From contig JAUFOQ010000016.1 of NCBI GenBank assembly GCA_040285855.1, positions 1,612,001 through 1,676,000 on the forward strand: DNA of 64,000 bases. The letters are read 5' to 3'. Below the pieces are notes generated by a model, which was not told the origin of the DNA, made no database searches, and worked only from the letters and a program-made list of their open reading frames with translations. Position numbers and translations under genes: made by a program. Positions 49,936-60,400 of this stretch are shown here, one piece after another; the first letter of the stretch is position 1; each line of letters begins with the position of its first letter. This stretch comes from Eukaryota sp. GEM-RC1 (Eukaryota).

Positions 49936-51548
49936 CTATTTGTTCTTGGGCTTGTACTGCACAACGAAATGACGAAGATCCACATACTTACCCCGACCTA
50001 CTTCAAATGCAGAAATATTATCCTTATTTTGATTGACAGCATCCAAACACTTGACAACATAATCCATGTGCTCCTTTGAATAAACATTGGCAGGAATAGC
50101 AAAACGAACAAGATTAGGAGGCATCACCTCTGGAAGTTTCCCATTCTTCTCATAATACACATCTAGCTCCCAACAAGCATACCCAAGCTCACAACCTCTG
50201 ATTCCATACTGCTTGAGTAGCTCAGATACTAAGCCAATACCCATGAAATCTTCCCAGCTACGTTCAGGAAACATCTTGTTCACATTAAGATAAACAGCAT
50301 GGCTACCTGGGGGTAAAACCACAGGAATACCCTTCTTTGCTAATTCAACGGCCAAGTACTCAGTCTGTTCGATTCTAGGGAATATATAGTCCTCTTGGAC
50401 TACTTGATAGAGACCAATGGTACAAGCAGCGAGTTCCCGACCTGAAACCGCACCATAACTATCATTACCCATGGTAATGATCTGTTCCTTCTTCATTTCG
50501 TGGTTAATTCCAGGGTATTTCTTAATAAAGTTGCCTTCGTGCTTGATGCACATAACACCTCCAATGTTACATAAGGCTTTCTTCAAGGAAATATGGAATG
50601 AATCACAGAGATCAAACAACTGACGAAGAATTTCAGGAATAGAGAAGTCCTGATATCCATCTTCGAACTTCTTAATGAAAGCAGCATTATCAACAATTCT
50701 AGCTCCATCAACATGAAGAGGAATACTATACTCATCGCAGATCTGACGAACTTCCTTAACATTCTTCATAGATACGGGCATTCCTGAGATAGTGTTGTTA
50801 GTTAACTAAGATAAGAAGGGACAGAAAGACACACAGTCATGACTACAAGAGAAACACGGTGGGAATTGCTCTTGAGATAGTCCTTTAAGGCAACCACGTC
50901 AAGATCACCCTTGAAAGGATTCTCTAAACCAACTTTCTCAATTGGGAAATCATCGAAAACGTCCTTTCGGAAGAAATCAACAGCCTCAAAATCTGCAATC
51001 TTTGCGTTAGCTCTGGTAGTATCAAAGAATCCATTGGAAACGACTACTCGATCAGGTTGGTCTTTCCAGTACTTAGAAAGAGCAGAGAAGAGGATAACTT
51101 CACAGCAACGGCCTTGAGGAAGGATGTAGACATTGGGGTGTTCAAGTTGGGCAACACCGCCATTGACAAAACCCCGTTCTTCTTCGTCAGCAGTGAACAT
51201 TTCTTCGATTTGATTGAAGTTCCAGGCTCCTTCAAATAGAGAGAGATATCGCTTCTGAGGTTTGTCTCCTCTTTGAGTGAAGTCACGGAGAGCGTCTAAG
51301 AAAACGTAGTATCCGTTATTACGAGCGTAACTCTCGTCACCAAGAGCTAGAGCAGCCATGGAGGATTGATAGGGAGCACATGTACCAGAATCAGTGAGAA
51401 GATCAACGTTGATCATAGAAGCAGGGAAGTTAAAGACATTGTAGTCGGTCTGTTCCAGGATCTTTTGACGTTGTTCAACAGTGAATCGTGGTGTTTTCCT
51501 TGCAACAAATGTTGCTTGAGAGGGAGGAGCGAAGGACTGATTTGTCAT
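49936..51548 (-). CDS. tnaA: Tryptophanase (PLP beta-eliminating lyase), two exons
   Basis: DLLTDSGT, GDESYA, QGR..E, FDTTRAN, TNN..GMPVS, DGAR, SLKK (PLP lysine), RFAIP. C-terminal LRHF favours tryptophanase over tyrosine phenol-lyase (LRFF). Confidence 0.9.
50806..50834 (-). other. 29-nt spliceosomal intron in tryptophanase
   Basis: GTGTGTCTTTCTGTCCCTTCTTATCTTAG; removal gives VVMT-LTNNTISGMPVS in frame. Confidence 0.9.
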
Positions 51549-51626
51549 TAGAGAATGAAAAAAGTTGGGTCAAAATGGTTTGAGTAGTTCAAAACCAGTG
51601 ATGCGAAAAAATTAATTTAATTATAA

Positions 51627-53515
51627 GAGAGAGATGTTTATTCGGCACCCAATAAGGTAACCTTTCTACAAACTATGAAATTGTAAAAACAAACAAATAA
51701 TACTAAGATTAAATCCAAACGACTTCATCACCACCCGGTAAAAGATTACGTTTATCTACATGAACCTTCACACCAAACTTGTACAATTTCTCAATTAATC
51801 TAGAGAAATAGAAAGGCATATTCCGATATATGGAAAACACTATACGGTTTTTCCATTCAGCCATTCTAAACTTACGCTTCTTTTCTTTACACAATTCTTC
51901 GAAATCCTTGAAAAATTGATCACCAGCAGGACTAATAGATCCAAAAGAGAAACAGCAAAAGGTTGAAACACAAATTTGGAATATGAGTTTCTATTTAATT
52001 CTTCTACTTGAGAGTCATACTTGGTGTGTTTGAGCTTTTCAGCTGCTGTTAATGGATTAAAAGAAGAATCTAATATCCTACTAACACAAGATTTGTTACA
52101 TACATCTACTGTAGTAAAATCCATTAATGCTTGACTCGATTTAAGCCACGGAGTATGTAGATCCCCTCGTTTTTGATCAGTAAATTCATTTTCTGAAAGA
52201 TGATTCAAAACTGGTTCAACTTTAGAGTGAAAACCATGTGCTTTAAACATGGAATAACAAGAATCACGTACACCATCATGAATTACTGCACGGAGATGAA
52301 TAAAATAACGACAATTAATTAAATGACGAAAAACACCATTAGCTCCACAAGAGCACGTTGAATAGTTTAATAAATTTGCAGGCCAAATAGCCAAACGAAG
52401 ACGCATATTGATCATCCAAGCTTCATCAGATAGATGTAATCCATACACCTTTGGAATTTGAGAAATAAATCCAGAAGGTCCACTATTACAAAGATCGATT
52501 AAAAAAGCAGCGAACTCGGGACTATTAGTTTTAGCCAAGCTAATACGATTATTAAAGTCCAAGAGTTCAAACTCCTTGTCAATTTATTTTGCAGCTTACA
52601 TACAGCAGATGGTAGAGATGAAATATTTTTAAAGGAGTCTCCTTCAAATGAGCAGGGAACATAGATTCCCACATTTCAGGAGACAAAGATGATAACAAAT
52701 CTTTAGCAGATTGAATCCAACGGTAATTACTGGAATTCAACAGATTGATTCCATCCAAGGGAAACCGTTTCAAAAATTCAAACATAAAATTCTTAACACC
52801 TCCTAAAAGAGCAGATTTTCTAATGATTTTTGCATGGGTGAAACCTACTCCTGCGAATTCAGAAGAATAAAAAGCATGAAATGGAATCTTAGACTCATCA
52901 ATTTCAGCCAAGTTAGAGAGAAAATTTGTTCTAATAGAATTAAATTTCTTGGCAAATGTTTCAGTAAGGGAATAGTCTAATGAACGTAAAAAATGATTAA
53001 TTTTCCCGGAAAAACAGACCTGAAGCATAGCAAAGGAAACATGTTTGCTCACATCTAAAGATAATATTTGATTTAGTTTTTCTTCAATTGTAGTTAATGA
53101 ACTCTCCAATTCTGAATGAATTTTCTCATAATTTCCCAAAAACGTGCCAAGGAAACGAAAACATTGAGTAGAATAATCGATGATAGGAATATTACAAAAA
53201 CCAAGATTAGAAACATTCGAAGACTTAACAACAAGAAAACACTTATCAAAATTGATTGTTAAACCAATACTCAAAGAAAGTTCGATGAAACGTGAAAAAC
53301 ACTTTTTGAGAACGTCAACTGGAGCGATCAGCGAAGAATCATCAGCATAAGCACAAATTTTAACAGTTGGAAATTCTAATTGTAAGATTTTAAATAATTT
53401 TTGCAGAGCGAGACAAAACAAAAAAGGACCCAAAGGATCACCTTGCTTAACCCCTCTAGTTGATTTAATATCAAACTTGTCATAAATTAAATTCGACGCT
53501 TTACCATAAAAAATA
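51627..53515 (-). mobile_element. 5'-truncated non-LTR retrotransposon (RT, CCHC, RLE; CRE-like)
   Basis: GVKQGDPLGPFLF, AYADD, GLTINFDKC, RFLG, CSCG...RHLINC, HDGVRD, RGDL..MDFT, AEKLK..KY; 10-bp TSD TTAATTATAA at 51617-51626 and 53516-53525. Confidence 0.93.
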
Positions 53516-53537
53516 TTAATTATAATTAATTGAATTA

Positions 53538-53650
53538 ATTCCCTGAGAATTAATTAATTCTAGCCGCTTAGAATTATAATTAATTAATTCTAGCCGCTTA
53601 GAATTATAATTAATTAATTGTTACACCTTAGAATTATAATTAATTAACGG
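53538..53650. repeat. ~30-bp AT-rich tandem subterminal repeats of the hAT element (similar array at 54375-54475)
   Basis: AATTAATTAATTCTAGCCGCTTAGAATTAT x2 plus a variant; AATTAATTAATTGTTGGCGTGTAGAATTAA x2 plus a variant at the other end. Confidence 0.8.
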
Positions 53651-56005
53651 CAATTACTAGAATTAATTTTATAATTCCCGTTTCTTCACCTTATGTCGTC
53701 TTCTCCAACTCCCAAAGAGATAGCCTTGTTCTTTTTTTACCTTTGTTGAACCACAACCCAATTGAAGTGAAACAATATCTGCCTGACCGAACAGAAACAG
53801 AAATGATTGATGAAATGACTTCAAAATTTGACCAGCTGAACTCAATTACAAAGAAGTTGCAAGTTTCAGAAGTTCCTCTACACAAGGCCAAGAGAATGTT
53901 TGACGTTCTACATGAGGAATATCCAGCTATGCGATCTTACACATGTTATAGCCCGGCATCACCAATCGTTGAGTCCGCCGACTTTGAAAATGGAGTAATC
54001 AAGATACTTGAAGGATATGAGAGAGAACTCACTGATGCAGAAAAAACACTGCTTCGGAATACTTAGACTTATCATTTATTCCATCAACTTCTAACAAGGA
54101 AAGACTATTCAGTCGTGCAAAATTAAGTCTTGGTATTTCTTCTTATTTATCTAATTATAGGGCAACTGAGAGGACGTTTACAATCAAAAACGTTAGAGAA
54201 ACAATTGTTTCTTTTATACAACACTGATTCTTGGAACTTGGATTTAGTCAAATCAATTGTGAGTAAGACCCCTCATCAGACAACAGGATTAAATTCGGCC
54301 GAGCTTGTTATAGATGTCGATTCAGAATGATAGTATGTTGATTTTTGTCGTATGGTAATAAAGAATTAATTGTAATTAATTGCAATTAATTAATTGTTGG
54401 TCTGAAGAATTAAAATTAATTAATTGTTGGCGTGTAGAATTAAAATTAATTAATTGTTGGCGTGTAGAATTAATAATTTAATTTAAATTAATTTTTTCGC
54501 ATCACTGTTCAAAACTCTTATTAAAATCACGTTATTTAAAGTCATTTTTGCATGTGTTTCTTCAAAGATTCAAAGCTTTGGATTATGATTTCAAATAGTG
54601 AAAAAGTATCCATTTTTTCCCGTTGAAGTCAGAATGTGAGTTGAATAGACGGCATTAGATCGAGTTAGTTTGATAAGGGATGAGAGTAAAAGTGTGTTTT
54701 TGAGATCTTCTTGAAAGACATTTGACCAATCAAGATGACGATTCTAGTGAGTCAATTTAAACAGGGGACAGTGTGTTAGACCATCTTTTCTGCTGTCAAA
54801 GATAGATGTATACTGTTCCTATGCGTGAATAGTGCAGACAAGAGATGTCATAATGAAGCGAAGCTTGTGGCGTTCTGGTAGCCAAATTCATCAAACAGCA
54901 CCGGCACTATGATTGATAAACAAAGTCAGTCAGAGATGACAAATCGGTGCCACAAAGGAACTCATTGAAGTGATTACTGGTACTGGTAATTCAAACATGG
55001 ATGACAGAGGAAGAGTCATCACACCAATCTGCGGTCTCATAGTTAGAATCCGATCGTCTTACTCTAGTATCAAATCATAGTATGATTGATGATGTAGAAT
55101 TTTGGACAATTTAGTCGAACTCGATCAGCTCTAAAACCAACGGCAGCTTCTCGGTCTGATTATCTTCTTCTTTGTAGGTAAAAGCTCTGATCCCCTATGA
55201 TGATGCCAGCATTGCTATGGTTTAAATCATTCTGTACCACATTCTGTACTTTTGTTACCAATTCTGTGTTCTTAGTCTATAATGGAAATCTGTGTCGTTG
55301 CTTATAGAGTCTTCTGCTGAACATTGGTACTATGAGACTTAGTGTTATGCTTCTGAATGTATTGACTTTGGAACTCCAGATTTCTTGTGTTGACATGTTT
55401 CGATCTGATGAATGTACAAGACACGTTGTCACTATGATGATGGATACGTCTCCACTTCCTCGATATATATTCTGAAATCATAATCATAATCAATACGGTA
55501 TACCCTCGACGTAAGGTCTGCCGATAGGGCGGCACTAAATCGAGGGTTTACTGTAGTTCACCTTATCAATAATTGATGTCAATAGTAACACAATTTGCTA
55601 AATTGCCACACAAAAACAAATGGAATAACTTATTTATCAACAACTTAAGTTACAAGAACTGCTGTTACAATTTTAAAATAACCGTATAATCATCACTGTA
55701 AACTCAAAAGATATCTATATATAGATCTTTCGCAGCCATCATTTTTGATAGAACACTGACAATACTGGTCCACGTTTTCTACTAACATGCCTGAAGAGAC
55801 CCAAAACATGTTAAATCGAGGGGAGAAGTTACCTGGACAACCAGATCCACGTGATAGAAAGAAGGGCATGGGATTGCACCAGGCATCAAGAAAGGAATCA
55901 GAATTTGCTGGGGAATATCTTCCGTTAGAAATGCAAGAAACGGAAAAAAAGAAGAGAACAAGGAGGTGGGGCAAACCTTAAGATGATTTCAAGACCAAAT
56001 AAAGA

Positions 56006-56677
56006 TCAATTTTGAACCGAGTTAGCTTCCAGCACCAAACTTCTAAGGTCGACAACAAGATCTTGACATTTCTTCAGTCTTGTGTTATCCAATGTATCAA
56101 AATTGATTGATTTATCGCTATCAGCGATCCATGGTTCAAGGGAGAGGTTTGATGGTAATTGAATCAAACTATTCTTCATTAAAGAGACTGGATTATCGAG
56201 GAAAACGTCGGCACCAGCTGAAGAACAAGGAATTCCATCTAATACCTCTAATTGAGGAAGTAGGCTAACAACTCTACGACGGTAGTCACTTTGGCATATG
56301 GGATTTAGCTGGCTATTTTTAAGAGCTATGGATAGGCGTTTGAGAGCAGGAAGAGATTTGAGAATGAAAAGAGCATCAATAGACCTGATTTGGTTATTGA
56401 CAATATTGAGTTCACTGAGAGTAGGGTGATTCTTTAAAGGGAGAAGATCAGAGAGACTATTGTTGGAAACATCAAGAACGATTAAGGAGGTCCATTGTTC
56501 AATTCCAGATAGAGATGTGAGATAGTTGTGTGAGCAACAAAATAATGTGGCGTTTGGTATGGGCTGAGAACACTCAATAGAACCTAATTCTGAGCCTGAG
56601 AGATCAACTTTACGGACAGTTCCAATGTCAAAATGGCCAGTTATGCTAAGAATGATGCTATGCAGAGAGTTGTCCAT
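56006..56677 (-). CDS. SDS22-type LRR protein (LRRC61-like)
   Basis: ITGHFD, L..LDVSNN.LSDL, NPIC..DYRRRV...LPQLEVLDG LRR cap. Confidence 0.8.
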   Translation of the reverse strand: MDNSLHSIILSITGHFDIGTVRKVDLSGSELGSIECSQPIPNATLFCCSHNYLTSLSGIEQWTSLIVLDVSNNSLSDLLPLKNHPTLSELNIVNNQIRSIDALFILKSLPALKRLSIALKNSQLNPICQSDYRRRVVSLLPQLEVLDGIPCSSAGADVFLDNPVSLMKNSLIQLPSNLSLEPWIADSDKSINFDTLDNTRLKKCQDLVVDLRSLVLEANSVQN

Positions 56678-56758
56678 CTCCTGCTACTAGTCAAGTACAG
56701 TAGTCTTCTCAATATCTGTGAAAGTTCAAGGTTGAATTCCAACCTCCCTTCCATCAAA

Positions 56759-58654
56759 ATGCGGTCTATTGGGCTACTTCATCCCTCAATCACACCTTCA
56801 TCCAGCCCTAGAGTTGTAGCTAGTGAGTGTTCTCTTCTTGTATATTCGGATCATGACGAACCTCATTCATATCGATTAGACCAAGTTTATAACTCTACGA
56901 TACCCTTCTCAGCTGTCTTTCACAGCGAAATTTCTCCTCTAGTTGACCTATCTCTCAACGGTCAAAACACATGTATGACAGTTTTTGCTCCACAAGCACT
57001 ACTACAACAAACTCTAATGGGTAGACGTACCAACACTAAACTCACATTTGAACGCTTTTCATCATCCTTAATTGGTAGCATACTCTCTTCTCTTTTTTTC
57101 TTCCTCAGCAGTTACATCAGTTGGACTCTCGTGGCACAGCAATGATAACAGAAACAATATATTTACTAAATCCCCCGCTCCTTTGATCTGCAGCTCTCAT
57201 CGACATGCAGTCAGTTCTTTCATATCGCTTGTTCCTTCTGCAACTTCATGTCTTATCGATATCTTCATAAACCCTGCTCAACAGTCATTCCCTCGATCTT
57301 CTCTCTCCTTTGCAGGTTCCATCTCCATTGTAGCACTTTGTCCCCTTTCCCTCCTCAGTTTCTCTCTGTGTTAAGTTCTCTTGAGGATAAGCGTCCGACA
57401 GTTGGCTTCTCCAAGTACAAAATCACTAAACCTCTTCGCGGTCTCTGGTTGTCAGGATCTCCTGGTATCAACATCCTCAATGTCTCTTCAGATGACTCTA
57501 ATGGCTCAATGATCTGCCTTGACACTGTACAGAGAATCTCCCAGGTCTGTCCCATACATCCTTCCTCTTTCCACGACCGCTCTCCTTCAGTTAGCTCAAT
57601 GGCTGCCTCTCTTCACTCTCCTAATGTTCAATCTCCTCTTGGGTTTACAGAGTCCAAGTCTAAACAGTCAATGAGTGCTGGACAAAGAGTCAGGCAGTTG
57701 TTAGGTGGAGGTATTGAGATCAACATTGAAACCCCAAGATCAGAGATCTTCACTCCAATGAATGACTTGAGATCTCCTGTAGCTTACACTCCTTCTTCAG
57801 CAAAGAGTGTGATTAGGTCTAAACTAGTGGAGGATTCAGAGTCTAAGTTTGGTAACCAAGGTCATTCAGCTAGGAGTAATCCTTTCTATTCAAGTAATTC
57901 TAATACTGGTAAGGTTGATAGTGCCAAATCAATCATTCAGCCTGAATCAAGGTCAAAAGTGGAAAGTCGAGAGAGCTTTGCTGATCAAAAAGAGATTAAG
58001 ACTCTGAAGAATCATCTTAGATTAACTAAATCAGAATTAAAGGAAGTTCATGGACAGAGGATCGTCCTGGAATCTCAACTAGCAGATGTTTCTAGGAGCC
58101 ATGAGCAGCTGGAGAAGGAAGTTGTAGAGCTGAAAGATAAGTTGAGTGCTAAGAATAATATAATTAGACGATTGGAGAAGGAAAAGGAAAAACTAGGATT
58201 TGAGAATAGTCAATTGTCTTCAAAATCAAATTTGGAAAGTGATTTTACCAGCAACGTCATTGAGGTCAAAAACAGCTCAAAAAGATGTGTTTTGAACTAC
58301 AGAACGTGAAAAACGAACGTGATGAAGCTGTTTTCAAATATGATTCACTGGAACAGGAATTCGAATCGACATCGAGCCACAATCAATCATTACAGTCTAC
58401 AGTCGACAATCTTTCTCAAGAGTTAGAGAACGAGACCAACATCCGCATCTCCCTCGAAGACCAAATCTTTGAGCTCCAAGAGTCACTGAAAATAGAACTT
58501 TCTTCAAAGAATGAGTTGATAAACAGCGAATCTCTTGTTAGGGGAGGCTACCCACAAGAGAACAACCAGGCTCGTGGTTGATTTAGAGAAGAGAATCGAG
58601 GAGCTGACGAAGGAGAATTCTGAGCTGAGTAAGATGGTGTTGTCAATGACGTAG
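56759..58654 (+). CDS. Degenerate kinesin-motor-like protein with coiled-coil tail (several indels)
   Basis: YRLDQVY..VF..EISPLVD..LNGQN.C..VFA and VLSSL.DK...F...KITK.L follow kinesin order, but the P-loop is absent; C-terminal heptads. Confidence 0.6.
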
Positions 58655-58986
58655 TATCTTAAAGGAGATATTTAAATAATTGTATTTGTAGATATTATAT
58701 GTACTATATGAATTCTTTGGGTATTTATTAATGGGCTTGAGTGTTCATAAATTTAGAATTTCGAATCAATAGAATAAAACAATCAACCTTGAAGCATCAT
58801 ATACAGTGCAAAAGAAGATAATAAATACACTTCATCATGAAGAACTTAATGAAATCCAATTAGTAAGAATATAACAAGTAGTTATATAACAAGTAGTTTT
58901 GACTCTGAGAAAACACTCTGAAAGAACATCAGATTCTGCTAGGGAAAAGACCTAGCCTAGAAAAGAGAACAGTTCTTAATTCTTAA

Positions 58987-59667
58987 TCAAACAGAAGACA
59001 TACTAGGAAATAAAGACATTGGATCAACGTCTTCAGACAGTTCATGAGGAAGTGGCACGTCAAGAGACTTTGAATCAGCACGGTCTTCTTTCTTTACTCC
59101 ATAGAATCTCTCCTCGATTGAAGAGGATTGAATGGTCTCAGACTTTTCATGGAGGTAAGGGCAGGAGCTCCCACGTGCACAGTTTCCTTTCAGCCAAAAA
59201 GAACAAGTCTTAGGTTTGTTTTTGGAATAATCAGGACGTAACTCTGCATTAGGGAGAAGACGTTGAGATGTGGCAGGTTTAAGGGAAGAGAGATCACCAG
59301 TGAGAGAAAAGGAATGTTCACGATGCTCAGCAAGTGTTGCTACATACTCCTTTCCTTTCCTAGATGTAGGTAGAGCTTTTTGCCCAAGTAAAGCATCTCG
59401 TTTTGAGGTTGAGATGGCCAAATCGAGGTCTAGAAGACAACATTGACAGACATTCTGACCACGAGCACATGTAGCACATACAACAGTGTGTTTATATCGT
59501 GCTGTTGCACCTGGTTTCCAACGGAATGAAGTGTAAGGACGTTCGCAAGTTCTGCAAGAAGAATGTGCATGTCGTCTGACCATTTGAAGATATTGCGATG
59601 GGCCTAGACATGAAGAGCAAAGTAGAGGAAACTCCAAGTCAATATTGTTGACTGTGTGAGCATCCAT
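58987..59667 (-). CDS. RBM22: Pre-mRNA splicing factor RBM22/Slt11(Ecm2)-like
   Basis: FPLLCSSCLG..Y..M, CRTCERP.T.FRW.PG..RYK.T..C..CA...NVCQ.CLLDL, CCCH finger CSFW.KG.C.RG..CPY.HE, ERFYG. Confidence 0.9.
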   Translation of the reverse strand: MDAHTVNNIDLEFPLLCSSCLGPSQYLQMVRRHAHSSCRTCERPYTSFRWKPGATARYKHTVVCATCARGQNVCQCCLLDLDLAISTSKRDALLGQKALPTSRKGKEYVATLAEHREHSFSLTGDLSSLKPATSQRLLPNAELRPDYSKNKPKTCSFWLKGNCARGSSCPYLHEKSETIQSSSIEERFYGVKKEDRADSKSLDVPLPHELSEDVDPMSLFPSMSSV

Positions 59668-59764
59668 GAACTGAAAAATAAATAATAAACTATTCTGTTA
59701 ATAATCCAACATATCTTAATCCCTTCTCTGAATATTTTTCATCTTTGTCCCTGAACTGTGAGAA

Positions 59765-60400
59765 TCTGTGTACTTACAGGAAACTCCTTTAAAAATATTT
59801 CATCTCTACCATCAGTATCACTTCTTCTCAGATCCTCATCTTGGTGGTATTGGTCTCTCTTCGTCTAAATGGTGGACCCAATCTGCTTTCATTGGTGGTG
59901 GCAAGAATTTTGCCTTTGAGTTCTGTAGACGTTACACAAGTCAAGAAAATCTTCTTTTGATTTTTCTCACCTTTTGAATTGCAATCGTTTCATTACATCT
60001 AGAACTTGCATTCACATTCATGATGCTGTTAGAGATCAAATAAGTCAACTTTCCAGAATATATATTGTTCAATCATCGTGATATTCTGATGTTAAATCAC
60101 ATATATCACAAATAACACAAAAATATGCCTTGTGATGTGATTGTTGTGACTCACAAAATCACAAGGTCAAATTTCTGTGATTCGCAACTATGCTTGAAAT
60201 CAATAATGTTAAAAGTAATGACTCTGAAAAGATTTTTGGTAAAAGAAGAGCTGATGTCATCGTCCCATCAGTCAATCGTATTGTTTTTACAATATTTGAA
60301 ACAATTCCTTTTATGATTTCAAAAGATCTATTAGCTCTCAGTTTTTTTATGAAGAAAAAGCACATGTGAGTTTTAATGGCAATGAACGTTGCTTTAATGA
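59765..60400 (+). mobile_element. Mosaic of decayed RLE retrotransposon scraps
   Basis: LGGIG..SAFIGGGKNF, IHDAVRDQI, RRADVI and RIVFTIF pieces. Confidence 0.6.
60075..60192 (-). mobile_element. Solo left end of the 5905-6523 hAT family
   Basis: Reverse complement reads CATAGTTGCGAATCACAGAAATTTGACCTTGTGATTTTGTGAGTCACAACAATCACATCACAA, matching 5905 onward. Confidence 0.8.

Larger units (their letters stand above)
51596..54507 (+). mobile_element. Internally deleted hAT transposon, interrupted by a retrotransposon
   Basis: TIR CAGTGATGCGAAAAAATTAATTTAA and its reverse complement ending at 54507; TSD TTCAAAAC at 51588-51595 and 54508-54515. Transposase remnants LNSITKKLQ..FD..YP..IV...FENGV.K, PSTSNKERLFSRAK, LEKQLFL..N..W. 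Confidence 0.92.

Noticed and set aside
49936..51548. Bacterial contamination or chimeric contig
   Set aside because: The gene has a host-type intron and is flanked by the same TE families as the rest of the window.
53530..54480. CRISPR-like repeat/spacer pattern in the AATTAATT arrays (also 1440-1770 and 10400-10550)
   Set aside because: The 'spacers' are short and repeated, lie inside TSD-bounded transposons, and there are no cas genes in this eukaryotic context.
54520..55980. Possible pseudogene or small secreted ORF (55693-55974)
   Set aside because: No ATG start or recognisable motif, and multiple stops in the neighbouring frames.
6580..58654. Programmed ribosomal frameshifting (Euplotes-like), suggested by TTT-TAA at the TMC and ferlin breaks
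   Set aside because: The breaks need both +1 and -1 corrections, often sit in homopolymers, and frequently lie well upstream of the stop with no shared motif. Long-read assembly error is simpler; short-read polishing would settle it.
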